This document shows positions 1-9,149 of a DNA stretch of 64,000 nt, one piece after another. The notes below the pieces were generated by a model. It was given only the letters and a program-made list of their open reading frames with translations. It did no database searches and was not told the origin of the DNA. The stretch's first letter is position 1. Each line of letters begins with the position of its first letter. Position numbers and translations under genes: made by a program. Origin of the DNA: Flavobacteriales bacterium (lineage in GTDB: Bacteria; Bacteroidota; Bacteroidia; UBA10329); the NCBI GenBank assembly GCA_021739625.1, contig JAIPBJ010000006.1, positions 5,334 to 69,333 of the forward strand, in the 5' to 3' direction.

Positions 1-2
1 AG

Positions 3-1196
3 AAGGACATCATCTCAAAACTGGAGAAAGGCCAGATTCTCGAAGGCACCGTCAAGAACATCACCTCCTACGGTGTATTCATCGACCTTGGTGGCGTGGA
101 TGGTCTGGTACACATCACCGACCTCAGCTGGGGCCGCGTGGCACATCCGGAAGAGATCGTTACACTGGACTCCAAGATCAACGTGGTCATCCTCGACTTT
201 GATGATGAGAAGAAACGTATCGCTCTTGGCATCAAGCAACTTTCTGCCCATCCATGGGACGCTCTGAGCGAGACCGTAAACATCGGTGACAAGGTGAAAG
301 GTAAAGTGGTGGTGATCGCTGACTACGGTGCATTCGTTGAAGTGGCCCCCGGTGTTGAAGGTCTGCTGCACGTGTCAGAAATGAGCTGGAGCCAGCATCT
401 GCGTACCGCTCAGGACTTCCTCAAAGTAGGTCAGGAAGTAGAATGCGTGGTGCTGACCATGGATCGCGAAGAGCGCAAGATGTCACTTGGCATGAAGCAA
501 TTGACCCCCGACCCATGGGACAATATCTTGGCCAAGTATCCGGTCGGTTCGCAGCATACTGCCAAAGTTCGCAGCTTCACCAACTTCGGCATTTTCGCTG
601 AACTGGTTGAGGGCGTTGACGGCCTTGTGCATATCTCCGATCTGTCTTGGAACAAGAAAATCAAGCATCCGTCAGAGTTCACAAGCATCGGTGCAGATAT
701 CGATGTGGTGGTTCTCGAAGTGGATGCTGAGAATCGCAGGCTCAGCCTTGGCCACAAACAGTTGGAGGAGAATCCATGGGACACCTTTGAAACAGTGTTC
801 AATGTGGGAAGTGTCCACAAAGGCACCATCACCTCATCCAACGACAAGGGTGCTACCGTTATGCTCCCTTATGGTGTGGAAGGGTTTGTTCCCAAACGTC
901 ACATGAAAAAAGCTGACGGCTCTGAACTTGCCAACGAGGAGACTGCCGATTTCGAGGTCATCGAATTCAGCAAGGACACGAAACGTGTGGTAGCATCACA
1001 TGCCAAGATCCACTCCGATGCGGCCTATGACGCCAAACAAGGTGAACAGAACGAGCGCAAGGATGCGGCAGCATCCACAGCGAAAGGTGTGAAGAAGGTG
1101 CAGAGCAGCATCGAGAAGACCACCCTTGGCGATCTGGACGCATTGGCCAACCTGAAAACAGAAATGGAGGCCACAGAGAAGAAAAGGAAGAAGTAA
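3..1196 (+). CDS. rpsA: 30S ribosomal protein S1, 5'-truncated (frame open to window start; gene continues upstream)
   Basis: Repeated S1 RNA-binding domain pattern (GxxVxGxVxxIxxYGAFV..GLLHxSExSW / DGLVHISDLSW) recurs four or more times; lysine-rich C-terminal tail; translation in frame 3 is open from nt 3. Confidence 0.88.
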   Translation, partial: KDIISKLEKGQILEGTVKNITSYGVFIDLGGVDGLVHITDLSWGRVAHPEEIVTLDSKINVVILDFDDEKKRIALGIKQLSAHPWDALSETVNIGDKVKGKVVVIADYGAFVEVAPGVEGLLHVSEMSWSQHLRTAQDFLKVGQEVECVVLTMDREERKMSLGMKQLTPDPWDNILAKYPVGSQHTAKVRSFTNFGIFAELVEGVDGLVHISDLSWNKKIKHPSEFTSIGADIDVVVLEVDAENRRLSLGHKQLEENPWDTFETVFNVGSVHKGTITSSNDKGATVMLPYGVEGFVPKRHMKKADGSELANEETADFEVIEFSKDTKRVVASHAKIHSDAAYDAKQGEQNERKDAAASTAKGVKKVQSSIEKTTLGDLDALANLKTEMEATEKKRKK

Positions 1197-1219
1197 TCTC
1201 CATTTTCGCATCATGAAAT

Positions 1220-1258
1220 GAGAGGCCTGTCCGAAAGGATGGGCCTCTTTATTTTCAT
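1220..1258 (+). terminator. Rho-independent terminator after rpsA (GAGAGGCC...GGCCTCTT hairpin followed by TTATTTT)
   Basis: Inverted repeat gagaggcc/ggcctctt with 14-nt loop followed by a T-rich run, 24 nt after the rpsA stop codon. Confidence 0.6.
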
Positions 1259-1330
1259 CAGCAAACATGAATATCAATGAGTGAGGTCGTGTGCCCCAAC
1301 ACAATTTGAAGTAAGTTTGCCCGACTGCCG

Positions 1331-1885
1331 ATGAGCATGGAACCCCGCATTATTCTCGACCACACGCAACTGTCGCTCTCGGTGGAGCGCATCTGCTACC
1401 AGCTCATTGAAAATCACAACGACTTCAAGGACACCGTGCTGGTAGGGCTGCAGCCCAGAGGCATCTTTCTGGCCCGGAGGATCAAGGCCCGTCTTACCGA
1501 ACTGACCCCTAATCACAATATCCCATTGGGCGAGTTGGACGTGACCTTCAACCGCGATGATCACAGAAGAAGAAGTGAACCGATCATCCCCTCGCCCATG
1601 AAGATGGATTTTCTGCTCGAAGGGAAACGGGTCATTCTTATTGATGACGTGCTTTTCACAGGGCGCACCATCCGGGCCGGACTGGATGCCATGATGGCCT
1701 TCGGACGACCTGCACAGGTCGAACTAGTGGTGCTCATCGATCGGAGATTCAGCCGCGACCTTCCCATCGAGGCCAATTATGTGGGCAAGCGAATCGACAC
1801 CATAGTATCAGAACGCGTGGAGGTGACCATTACCGAAAATGGCGACCACGATTCGGTGAAACTCTACTCAGAAACAAAGGAATGA
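1331..1885 (+). CDS. pyrR: Bifunctional pyrimidine operon regulator / uracil phosphoribosyltransferase PyrR
   Basis: PRTase-type motif VILIDDVLFTGRTIRAGLDAMMAFGRP and length (~184 aa) typical of PyrR; overlaps pyrB start by 4 nt (ATGA). Confidence 0.85.
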   Translation: MSMEPRIILDHTQLSLSVERICYQLIENHNDFKDTVLVGLQPRGIFLARRIKARLTELTPNHNIPLGELDVTFNRDDHRRRSEPIIPSPMKMDFLLEGKRVILIDDVLFTGRTIRAGLDAMMAFGRPAQVELVVLIDRRFSRDLPIEANYVGKRIDTIVSERVEVTITENGDHDSVKLYSETKE

Positions 1886-2808
1886 GCGGACTGTCTGTCA
1901 AACATCTGTTAGGAATCAAACACCTCACCACCGAGGATATTGAACTCATATTTCAGACAGCAGACACTTTCAAGGACGTCATCAACCGTCCGATAAAAAA
2001 AGTCCCTTCCCTTCGCGACATCACCATTGCCAATCTGTTCTTCGAGAATTCGACCCGCACCAAACTCTCATTTGAACTGGCCGAAAAACGGCTTTCTGCC
2101 GATGTGATCAACTTCTCCGCCTCGGCATCCTCGGTGAAGAAGGGAGAAACGCTGGTGGACACGGTGAACAACATCCTGTCCATGAAGGTGGACATGGTGG
2201 TGATGCGTCACCCTGATGCCGGTGCTGGCGAATTCCTTTCGCGCCATGTCAACGCCATCATAGTGAATGCAGGTGATGGGGCGCACGAACATCCGACACA
2301 GGCCCTCCTTGACGCATTCTCGATCCGTGAGAAACTTGGTTCGGTGCGAGGGAAGAAAGTGGCCATCATCGGTGACATCCTGCACTCACGTGTAGCACTG
2401 TCCAACATCTTCGCATTGCACAAACTGGGTGCTGAAGTAATGGTCTGCGGTCCGGCCACGCTCATCCCAAAACATATCAGATCACTCAATGTGCATGTGA
2501 CCCACGACCTCAGATCTGCGCTTGAATGGTGTGATGTGGCCAATATGCTGCGCATACAACTTGAACGTCAGGACGTGCAGTATTTCCCCACGCTGCGCGA
2601 ATACGCCCAGAACTTCGGCCTCACCGGACGAATGCTCCGCGAGTTGGACAAGGAACTTATCATCATGCACCCGGGTCCAATCAACCGTGGAGTGGAGATC
2701 ACATCCGATGTGGCAGACAGCCCCAACGCCATCATACTCGATCAGGTGCAGAATGGGGTGGCCATCAGAATGGCGGTGCTTTATCTGCTGGCAGGAAGGG
2801 TGGAATGA
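1882..2808 (+). CDS. pyrB: Aspartate carbamoyltransferase catalytic subunit
   Basis: STRTKLSFE carbamoyl-phosphate binding motif, HPTQALLD motif, ~308 aa; operon partner of pyrR. Confidence 0.9.
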   Translation: MSGLSVKHLLGIKHLTTEDIELIFQTADTFKDVINRPIKKVPSLRDITIANLFFENSTRTKLSFELAEKRLSADVINFSASASSVKKGETLVDTVNNILSMKVDMVVMRHPDAGAGEFLSRHVNAIIVNAGDGAHEHPTQALLDAFSIREKLGSVRGKKVAIIGDILHSRVALSNIFALHKLGAEVMVCGPATLIPKHIRSLNVHVTHDLRSALEWCDVANMLRIQLERQDVQYFPTLREYAQNFGLTGRMLRELDKELIIMHPGPINRGVEITSDVADSPNAIILDQVQNGVAIRMAVLYLLAGRVE

Positions 2809-2901
2809 ATTGTCAACTGAAGTGAATCAACAGAAGGAAATCGAGTGTCCGGCCCATTGCTTGCCGATTATTTCTAATTTCGCACCAAACCTGCACGGAC
2901 G

Positions 2902-3276
2902 ATGAACTTTGAAATCGAGAAGAAGGAAGGCTTTGCAGTGGTGCGGGTCACCACCGAAAAGCTTGACAGCCAGATTTCACCGGCATTGAAATCTGAACTC
3001 GTGGTTCTCAATGCAGATGATTTCAAGAATATCATCATCGATCTATCTGAAACACGGTACTGCGACAGTTCAGGTCTCAGTGCCATTCTCGTGGCCAATC
3101 GGCTGTGCAAAAACTCGCATGGCACCTTTGTGCTTTGCGGCCTGCAGCGCTCCGTTTCCAAATTGATCTCAATCTCACAGTTGGACACCATACTCAATAT
3201 AACCCCCACCTTGGCCGAGGCCATCGATTTTCTCGCCATGGAAGAGGTTGAACGAGACCTTGACAATGAAGAATAA
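2902..3276 (+). CDS. STAS-domain anti-sigma-factor antagonist-like protein
   Basis: ~124 aa with characteristic STAS pattern (DLSETRYCDSSGLSAIL...LCGLQRSVSKLISISQLD). Confidence 0.65.
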   Translation: MNFEIEKKEGFAVVRVTTEKLDSQISPALKSELVVLNADDFKNIIIDLSETRYCDSSGLSAILVANRLCKNSHGTFVLCGLQRSVSKLISISQLDTILNITPTLAEAIDFLAMEEVERDLDNEE

Positions 3277-3325
3277 TTCCTTTCCTTTACACTAACCAAT
3301 CAAAATCATCCAAACCAAATTCATC

Positions 3326-4216
3326 ATGAAAAAAGTTCTACTTACAGTTGTTACGGGCCTGTTCTCTTTGGGGATGGCCAATGCACAGTGCACGCCAAGT
3401 GTGGCCTACGCTGACTCTGCTTTCGGTCTGTGGCCCGACAGCATTCCGTTCATCACCGAAAATGGTGCTTATGCCGGTGTCGACTACAGCTCAGTGATCG
3501 ACCTCAAGACATTTGTGGACACAGTTGTCCCCAATCCGCTTGGTGGCAATGTGAACATCAAAATGGATGCTTTCAAGATCATCAGCATCACTGGTCAACC
3601 TGCAGGTTTTGAGTGGGCAGCTGCTGGCCCTACGTGGAATCAATCTGAGCTGACGTGGTATAACGGTGGCGCTGGAGGTCCTTGCGCAGATCTCACCTCG
3701 GTTCAAGGCTGCATGTCCATCACTGCCGATGCTGCCGCAGTTACCGCTGCTGCACCCGTTTCCGGCTACACAGACTACCCATTGGTGGTTTCAGTTGACG
3801 CACGCATCGCTTGCAGCAATCCTGACATCAGCTTGCTCATCGCCAACGGTGCATGGTTGAGCACTGTACCTGCCAACCTTGGTGGCGGTGCTTTGGCTGT
3901 CAATGACTATGTGCTCCGTGTAAATGCCACAGTTGGCGTTGCCGAGATGCTGAACACTACACGTTTCGATGTTGGTCAGAGCTACCCCAACCCAGCTACT
4001 GGCGAGACTTTCATCAACTTCAACACCCCGAACAGCAGCACAGTTGAATTCGCTGTTTACAACATGCTGGGTGTAGTAGTGCTTTCAGATGTGATCACTT
4101 CTGAAGCAGGTCTTAACGAATACCGTTTCGATGCAGGCAAACTTGCCTCTGGCATGTATGTGTACACCATGCGCAACAACGGCAGCACGGTCACCAAGCG
4201 CCTGAGCGTGAAATAA
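3326..4216 (+). CDS. Secreted protein with T9SS type-A C-terminal sorting domain (Por secretion CTD)
   Basis: N-terminal signal peptide (MKKVLLTVVTGLFSLGMANAQ); C-terminal ~80 aa matches the Por/T9SS CTD pattern (VEFAVYNMLG...GMYVYTMRNNGSTVTKRLSVK). Confidence 0.7.
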   Translation: MKKVLLTVVTGLFSLGMANAQCTPSVAYADSAFGLWPDSIPFITENGAYAGVDYSSVIDLKTFVDTVVPNPLGGNVNIKMDAFKIISITGQPAGFEWAAAGPTWNQSELTWYNGGAGGPCADLTSVQGCMSITADAAAVTAAAPVSGYTDYPLVVSVDARIACSNPDISLLIANGAWLSTVPANLGGGALAVNDYVLRVNATVGVAEMLNTTRFDVGQSYPNPATGETFINFNTPNSSTVEFAVYNMLGVVVLSDVITSEAGLNEYRFDAGKLASGMYVYTMRNNGSTVTKRLSVK

Positions 4217-4237
4217 TCCTCTTCAAAAGGAAAGCGA

Positions 4238-4272
4238 AAGCCCCGGGCCGTAAGGTCTGGGGCTTTTTGTTT
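4238..4272 (+). terminator. Rho-independent terminator (AGCCCCGG..CTGGGGCT + TTTTTGTTT)
   Basis: GC-rich hairpin followed by a T-run directly after the T9SS cargo gene stop. Confidence 0.55.
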
Positions 4273-4294
4273 GGTCAGAACTGGGTATCCAAGG

Positions 4295-5839
4295 TTAGCC
4301 GTACAAGTGCGCAGACGTGTAGTCCACCTCATATCTCCTGCCCTGCAGCCTGTTGTTGAACCAAGTGTGAAAGCAGATCAGTTCGGGGGTCTGAACCTGC
4401 CAGGCATCAACACCTGTCCTTTGCTTCAACTTTCCCAACTCCCTATCCTTGGAATGGGCCACTGCTGCAAAATCATAGCCCAATCTTCTAAGTTCCACCA
4501 ATATGTCCACAATATGCTTGTCACGCGGCCTCAATACGGCCAGCTTCAATCCCTCCCTCACAAACTGTCTGAGATTGAGGATGAGTGCATCAGCATGGTC
4601 GTAATCTGCAAGATCGATCGCATTGAGGATGTTGAGAACTCGCAGACCTATGTTCCAGCCCTCTTTATCCTGTCCAATGGTCTGACTATGTGATAAAAAC
4701 CTGCGCACATTACCATGATTGCCCAGACAGAACTCGACACATGCCATAAGATAGCCGCGCACAGCCTTCTGAAATTCACTTTGATCGATGGCCGGATCCG
4801 AAACAAGCGACTCCAGCGTACGTTTCGCCATTATCAGATTGCCAGAATAGAACTGAGCACGGAACAGATATTCCATCATCAGTGCATGATTTCTGGAATT
4901 GGGGCGCAAGTGTGTCAACGATTCCTTGAAAAAATCAGCTGACTCTTCAAATTGATGCATCCACATCGCGTTGGCACCGCTATTGGCATAAGCGGTCGCC
5001 AATCGGATTCGATTGCGAATGGCCGGACTGTGTTCCACTATGTGGGACAATTGGAGCAGATGCCTTGCTGCCTCTTCCAATTGTCCCTGCAACTGATGGA
5101 GCTCTACTCGCAACAGGTGATAATAGTATCCGACAATGGCGGCCTTTGTAACTTCAAAATCCACCGCCAATTCATTCACCCGTGTCTCCACAAATGCCAA
5201 TCGCTCGCTATCTGCCACTGCATGGTTCAACCCCTTGAAACCATACTGCCTTGTCACTTCATCAAAATAGGTCCGTGCCCTGACCTCAGCATCACGAATT
5301 GCGGAGAACAGCAGGATCTCATCCTTCAGAGCCGATACTTCTGAATCGGAAGTCCGGCCAGAACGATATTGCCTTTTGATGAACAACATCTCCATCAGGT
5401 CATGGAACAGCTCATATTTCTTGGCCAACATGATAGACCTCTCCAATTCACGCAACCCCGCATCGCGCTGCCCTCGGGCCACGAGCATCTGGGCTGCAAT
5501 CTTGCCCTGTGCAACCTGAGCCCGCGCCTGGGCAATGTCATCATACACCTCTTGTCTGACAATGTTGACATCGAGTGTGAGACTGGCGAGCACCTTCTCA
5601 TAGAGCCTTGAAAGCACCATTCTTCGGGCATCAGCAGTAAGCACCTTCTTGCTGAAGAGTTGACTGACACGGTGATCATCAGAGTACTTCTCAAGCAGAT
5701 CGAGCAGCATCAACGTCTTGGGCTTATGGCCTTTTTTCCGCGACTCGAAGCATTGCAGATAGTTGCGCAAGACCGTGCGCTCGTTGGCATCCATCATAAA
5801 AAGGACACCTCGGACGCGCGCAATGCTTTTTGGGCTCAT
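4295..5839 (-). CDS. Hypothetical all-alpha (TPR-like?) protein, 514 aa, no recognised family
   Basis: Long uninterrupted ORF with reasonable codon usage; visibly lower GC than neighbours; no catalytic motif recognised. Confidence 0.55.
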   Translation of the reverse strand: MSPKSIARVRGVLFMMDANERTVLRNYLQCFESRKKGHKPKTLMLLDLLEKYSDDHRVSQLFSKKVLTADARRMVLSRLYEKVLASLTLDVNIVRQEVYDDIAQARAQVAQGKIAAQMLVARGQRDAGLRELERSIMLAKKYELFHDLMEMLFIKRQYRSGRTSDSEVSALKDEILLFSAIRDAEVRARTYFDEVTRQYGFKGLNHAVADSERLAFVETRVNELAVDFEVTKAAIVGYYYHLLRVELHQLQGQLEEAARHLLQLSHIVEHSPAIRNRIRLATAYANSGANAMWMHQFEESADFFKESLTHLRPNSRNHALMMEYLFRAQFYSGNLIMAKRTLESLVSDPAIDQSEFQKAVRGYLMACVEFCLGNHGNVRRFLSHSQTIGQDKEGWNIGLRVLNILNAIDLADYDHADALILNLRQFVREGLKLAVLRPRDKHIVDILVELRRLGYDFAAVAHSKDRELGKLKQRTGVDAWQVQTPELICFHTWFNNRLQGRRYEVDYTSAHLYG

Positions 5840-5954
5840 GTGTCACTGGTCGATCAAAAATAGACGTTATCGATGAACGACCGAACCGAAGATACCGCCA
5901 GGCCCTATAAGTATTCTCATTCAATCAAACTACTAAACACTAACACCAAGACCC

Positions 5955-6131
5955 ATGGAACTTTTAATTGCATTTTTGATTGCTTTTGGCATTGTTTCTT
6001 CTTCAGACAAGGAAACTCTTTTGAAGGATGCTGACAAGACCCAGTCCATCTACCAGTCAAGCGGTCTCAGCGACAGCGACTTCGAGGCATACAAGAAAAA
6101 GATTGTTGACCTTGAACAGGACGGTATGTGA
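5955..6131 (+). CDS. Possible small membrane-anchored protein (58 aa; MELLIAFLIAFGIVSSSDKETLLKDADKTQ...)
   Basis: ATG-initiated 58-codon ORF below the ORF-track cutoff, with an N-terminal hydrophobic helix followed by a charged tail; AT-rich codon usage atypical for the genome; a strong + strand terminator lies ~160 nt downstream. Confidence 0.25.
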   Translation: MELLIAFLIAFGIVSSSDKETLLKDADKTQSIYQSSGLSDSDFEAYKKKIVDLEQDGM

Positions 6132-6289
6132 ACCGTGACATCGGATGCTGCTTTGGCAATGGCCGGGGGTTGGTTCCATAGTTGAATGGAATGGGCGCTT
6201 TCAGGTTTCACTCATTACACAGCTTTCCAAAGAACTGCATATCAGGTCGGTCTCTGCGGAGACAAAAGCATCCGGTCTGTTGGTAGAGA

Positions 6290-6324
6290 AGGTGTGTCCC
6301 ACACGGGGGCACACCTTTTTGGTT
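6290..6324 (+). terminator. Rho-independent terminator (GGTGTGTCCCACACGGGGGCACACC + TTTTTGGTTT)
   Basis: Near-perfect 10-bp-stem hairpin with ACAC loop followed by a T-run; + strand orientation. Confidence 0.6.
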
Positions 6325-6446
6325 TGCCGTCAGGCATAAAAAAGCCGGGACATCCATAGATGCCCCGGCATATTCGGAATGTTTTTTCCCGATAAAGGGA
6401 ATCCACCTGCGTCCAACCCCTCAAACACAGGTGACCATCCCGAAGA

Positions 6447-7136
6447 CTATATGGCCTTTTCAAGTCCTTTTCTGTCCTTGACCTGAACAGAAACACGATT
6501 GAAATCAATAAGTTTCAACTTCCTCAGTTCATTCATTACCCCGGTCACGAATTGACGAGACGCACCCGTTATACCTGCGATGTCCTGATGTGTCATGAAG
6601 TGATAGGCCTTGGAACTATCAGCACCAGCGCTGCGTGCTTCCTTGTCCTTGTCCAGAATGAACTCGATGATCCGTGTGCGGGAATCCTTGAGCACGTAGT
6701 CCTCCATCATGGATTCGGCCACCTTGACCCGTTGTCCAAGATACTGGATGAGACGGTCGGTCAATTCAGGGCTACCGTTAATCGCATGACGCAGATCAGC
6801 GGCCCTCACCGCTATAAAAACTGCACTCATTTTCATGGGAATGGCAAACTCCTCACGCTCTGCGGTACTGAACAGAGATGCCTCACCGAACATTTCTCCG
6901 GGAACCACAACGCGTTTGATGACCTCGCGGCCTTCCTCTCCCACATTACCCAATTTCAATCTCCCTTCGACAAGAAAGAACACGCTGTCGGCCGTATCAC
7001 CAGGGAAATAGACCCCGGACCGTGGCGGTCGTGTTCGGCTGCTTATGGATTGAGAAAGATTGGAGAGACTTTCTGGAGATATGCCTGCGAAAAAAGGAAT
7101 CTGCTCCAATTGACTAAGAGAAATCTTTGTGACCAT
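6447..7136 (-). CDS. Crp/Fnr family transcriptional regulator (cNMP-binding domain + C-terminal HTH)
   Basis: N-terminal cNMP-binding beta-barrel pattern (GEMFGEASLF...) and C-terminal HTH (QDIAGITGASRQFVTGVMNELRKLKLI). Confidence 0.85.
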   Translation of the reverse strand: MVTKISLSQLEQIPFFAGISPESLSNLSQSISSRTRPPRSGVYFPGDTADSVFFLVEGRLKLGNVGEEGREVIKRVVVPGEMFGEASLFSTAEREEFAIPMKMSAVFIAVRAADLRHAINGSPELTDRLIQYLGQRVKVAESMMEDYVLKDSRTRIIEFILDKDKEARSAGADSSKAYHFMTHQDIAGITGASRQFVTGVMNELRKLKLIDFNRVSVQVKDRKGLEKAI

Positions 7137-7254
7137 TGCTTTGCGGTTTGAGCCTCACAAAGGTGGGACATTTATTTAAAAGAAACACGATTCCTACGTG
7201 ATGAACAGAAAATATTCTACGCGATACACGTAGCCGGCTTAAAGACAGGGGATT

Positions 7255-8292
7255 TCACTCTGCGAGCCCAACGAGCAATCGCCTTTCCATCAAGTTCGCA
7301 CCGCTCAACAACGTATCACTGATGATTCTGCTCACCAGCGCATCAGCATTGTCCGGATAATTGACGCGGATGACAGACTTTTCGGCCAACCAGCCTTCCA
7401 GTCTGGTCAAGTGCTTCCGTTTGATGGAAGGAAGCACAGTGATGCCCATTTCGGCAAGTGCCACCGCATTGCATTGCTGTTCAAATTGGCCTTTCATAGG
7501 AATGACGCACAGCTTTTTTCTCAGGAACAATGCCTCGGTGGTGGTTCCGAACCCTGCTGCACAGAGCACTCCGCTGCTCGATGCCATGCTGTGGAGGAAT
7601 GCTGTGCTGGAAATTGGGCGCACAGTGATGTTGCCATGGTCCTCTGATGCTGTTGCCCGTTTTGAAAATACCTCCCAGCGCTGTCCCGGAAGCATTGAAA
7701 GCCATTTGATCACCTTGTCCGTACGGTGAGCTGGGAGATACACGGTGCAGTGTCCGAGGTCGGTCACTTTCATCGTTCTCACGTCTTTTCTAATGAGTGG
7801 TGTTTCGATGGACGTGTTGTAGCGCTGAAAGTGAAAGCCGTAAGACCGGCTGACCGGGGCATAATTGTGAAGGATGAACCGGCCTATAGGATCCATGACA
7901 TCTGCCAATGGCACGCCATCGGTAAAAAGTGCGGCCTGATTGCTCAGCCCGATACAGGGCTTGCCATGGATATAGCAGGCCCAGGATGAGATCGGTTCAA
8001 AGTCAGAAACGATGAGGTCGTAATCGTGAACCGGTAGGCTGTTCACTTCTCGCACGAACCTTCGGAAGCGATTGCTGGCATAAGTGGCGTAGAGGTCGAT
8101 CCCACCCTTTTTTCCAAAAATGAAACTGAGCCCGTGGTAGCGATAACGAACAGGAAATGGCAGTTCCAGCTCGCATTGCGTGCCACTGAGCAGCACATCG
8201 ACCTCAGCCCGTCTCTGAAAATGTGGGATGATCTCCATGGCGCGGCTCAAGTGGCCGTTGCCCGTGCCTTGTATGGCATACAGGATTCTCAC
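7255..8292 (-). CDS. Glycosyltransferase family protein (MGT / TIGR00661-like, GT-B fold)
   Basis: N-terminal MRILYAIQGTGNGHLSRA motif typical of UDP-glycosyltransferase/MGT-like enzymes; 345 aa. Confidence 0.5.
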   Translation of the reverse strand: MRILYAIQGTGNGHLSRAMEIIPHFQRRAEVDVLLSGTQCELELPFPVRYRYHGLSFIFGKKGGIDLYATYASNRFRRFVREVNSLPVHDYDLIVSDFEPISSWACYIHGKPCIGLSNQAALFTDGVPLADVMDPIGRFILHNYAPVSRSYGFHFQRYNTSIETPLIRKDVRTMKVTDLGHCTVYLPAHRTDKVIKWLSMLPGQRWEVFSKRATASEDHGNITVRPISSTAFLHSMASSSGVLCAAGFGTTTEALFLRKKLCVIPMKGQFEQQCNAVALAEMGITVLPSIKRKHLTRLEGWLAEKSVIRVNYPDNADALVSRIISDTLLSGANLMERRLLVGLAE

Positions 8293-9149
8293 GCCCTTGC
8301 GGTGATGTTGAATTCGGTGAGCAGCTCGGCATACAACTGTGTGGCAGTAAGCTCAAGCATGACATCCGACTCGCGCGATGCTTCTTCCTGCTGGAACTTT
8401 CGATCGTCATGCACATAGAGTGTCCATTTGCCTTCGCTGTATTCCAAGGCGGTGAGGTTTTCGACCCAGTCGCCAGAGTTCATGTATTCAATGGAACCCT
8501 TGCTGGTTGTGATCGTTGTGATTTCCGGACGGTGAATGTGCCCACAGATCACGTAATCGTAACCGTTCTCTATACCTATCTCGGAGACGGTGTTCTCAAA
8601 ATCGTTGACATGGGCGATGGCGGCCTTCACACTGTCCTTCACTTTTTTTGACAACGACACTTTATCGCGCCCCAATTTCTCCAGCCCGATATTCACCGCC
8701 CGGTTAAAAAGAATGAGCAGGTCATAGCCGAATCCTCCGAGTTTGGCTATCCACTTGGAGTGGCGCATCGACACATCGAACACATCGCCATGGAAGATCC
8801 AGGTCTTCCTGCCGTCCATTTCAAGCACCACCTTGTTCTCAATGATGAGTTTGCCCATACGATGCCCCACGAATTTGCGAAGCATCTCATCATGGTTGCC
8901 GGGCACATAATAGACCTCCACGCCCTTCGACAAGTGCTTCATCAGCTCTTTCACCACCTTCATGTGGGCCGGAGGGAAGTAGCTTTTGCTGAACTGCCAG
9001 ATGTCGATGATGTCGCCATTGAGCACAAGCCGCTTTGGGCGTATGCTGCGCAGGTAGTGTACCAGTTCGTCCGCGTGACATCCGTAGGTGCCCAGATGCA
9101 CATCACTTATGACCACCGTGTCCACTGTTCTCCTTGTATTGTTTTTCAT
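8289..9149 (-). CDS. Metallophosphoesterase of the UDP-2,3-diacylglucosamine hydrolase (LpxH-like) type
   Basis: Calcineurin-like motifs DVHLG...GDIIDIW...GNHDE...GHIHRP; 4-nt overlap with the upstream glycosyltransferase gene suggests an operon. Confidence 0.6.
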   Translation of the reverse strand: MKNNTRRTVDTVVISDVHLGTYGCHADELVHYLRSIRPKRLVLNGDIIDIWQFSKSYFPPAHMKVVKELMKHLSKGVEVYYVPGNHDEMLRKFVGHRMGKLIIENKVVLEMDGRKTWIFHGDVFDVSMRHSKWIAKLGGFGYDLLILFNRAVNIGLEKLGRDKVSLSKKVKDSVKAAIAHVNDFENTVSEIGIENGYDYVICGHIHRPEITTITTSKGSIEYMNSGDWVENLTALEYSEGKWTLYVHDDRKFQQEEASRESDVMLELTATQLYAELLTEFNITARA

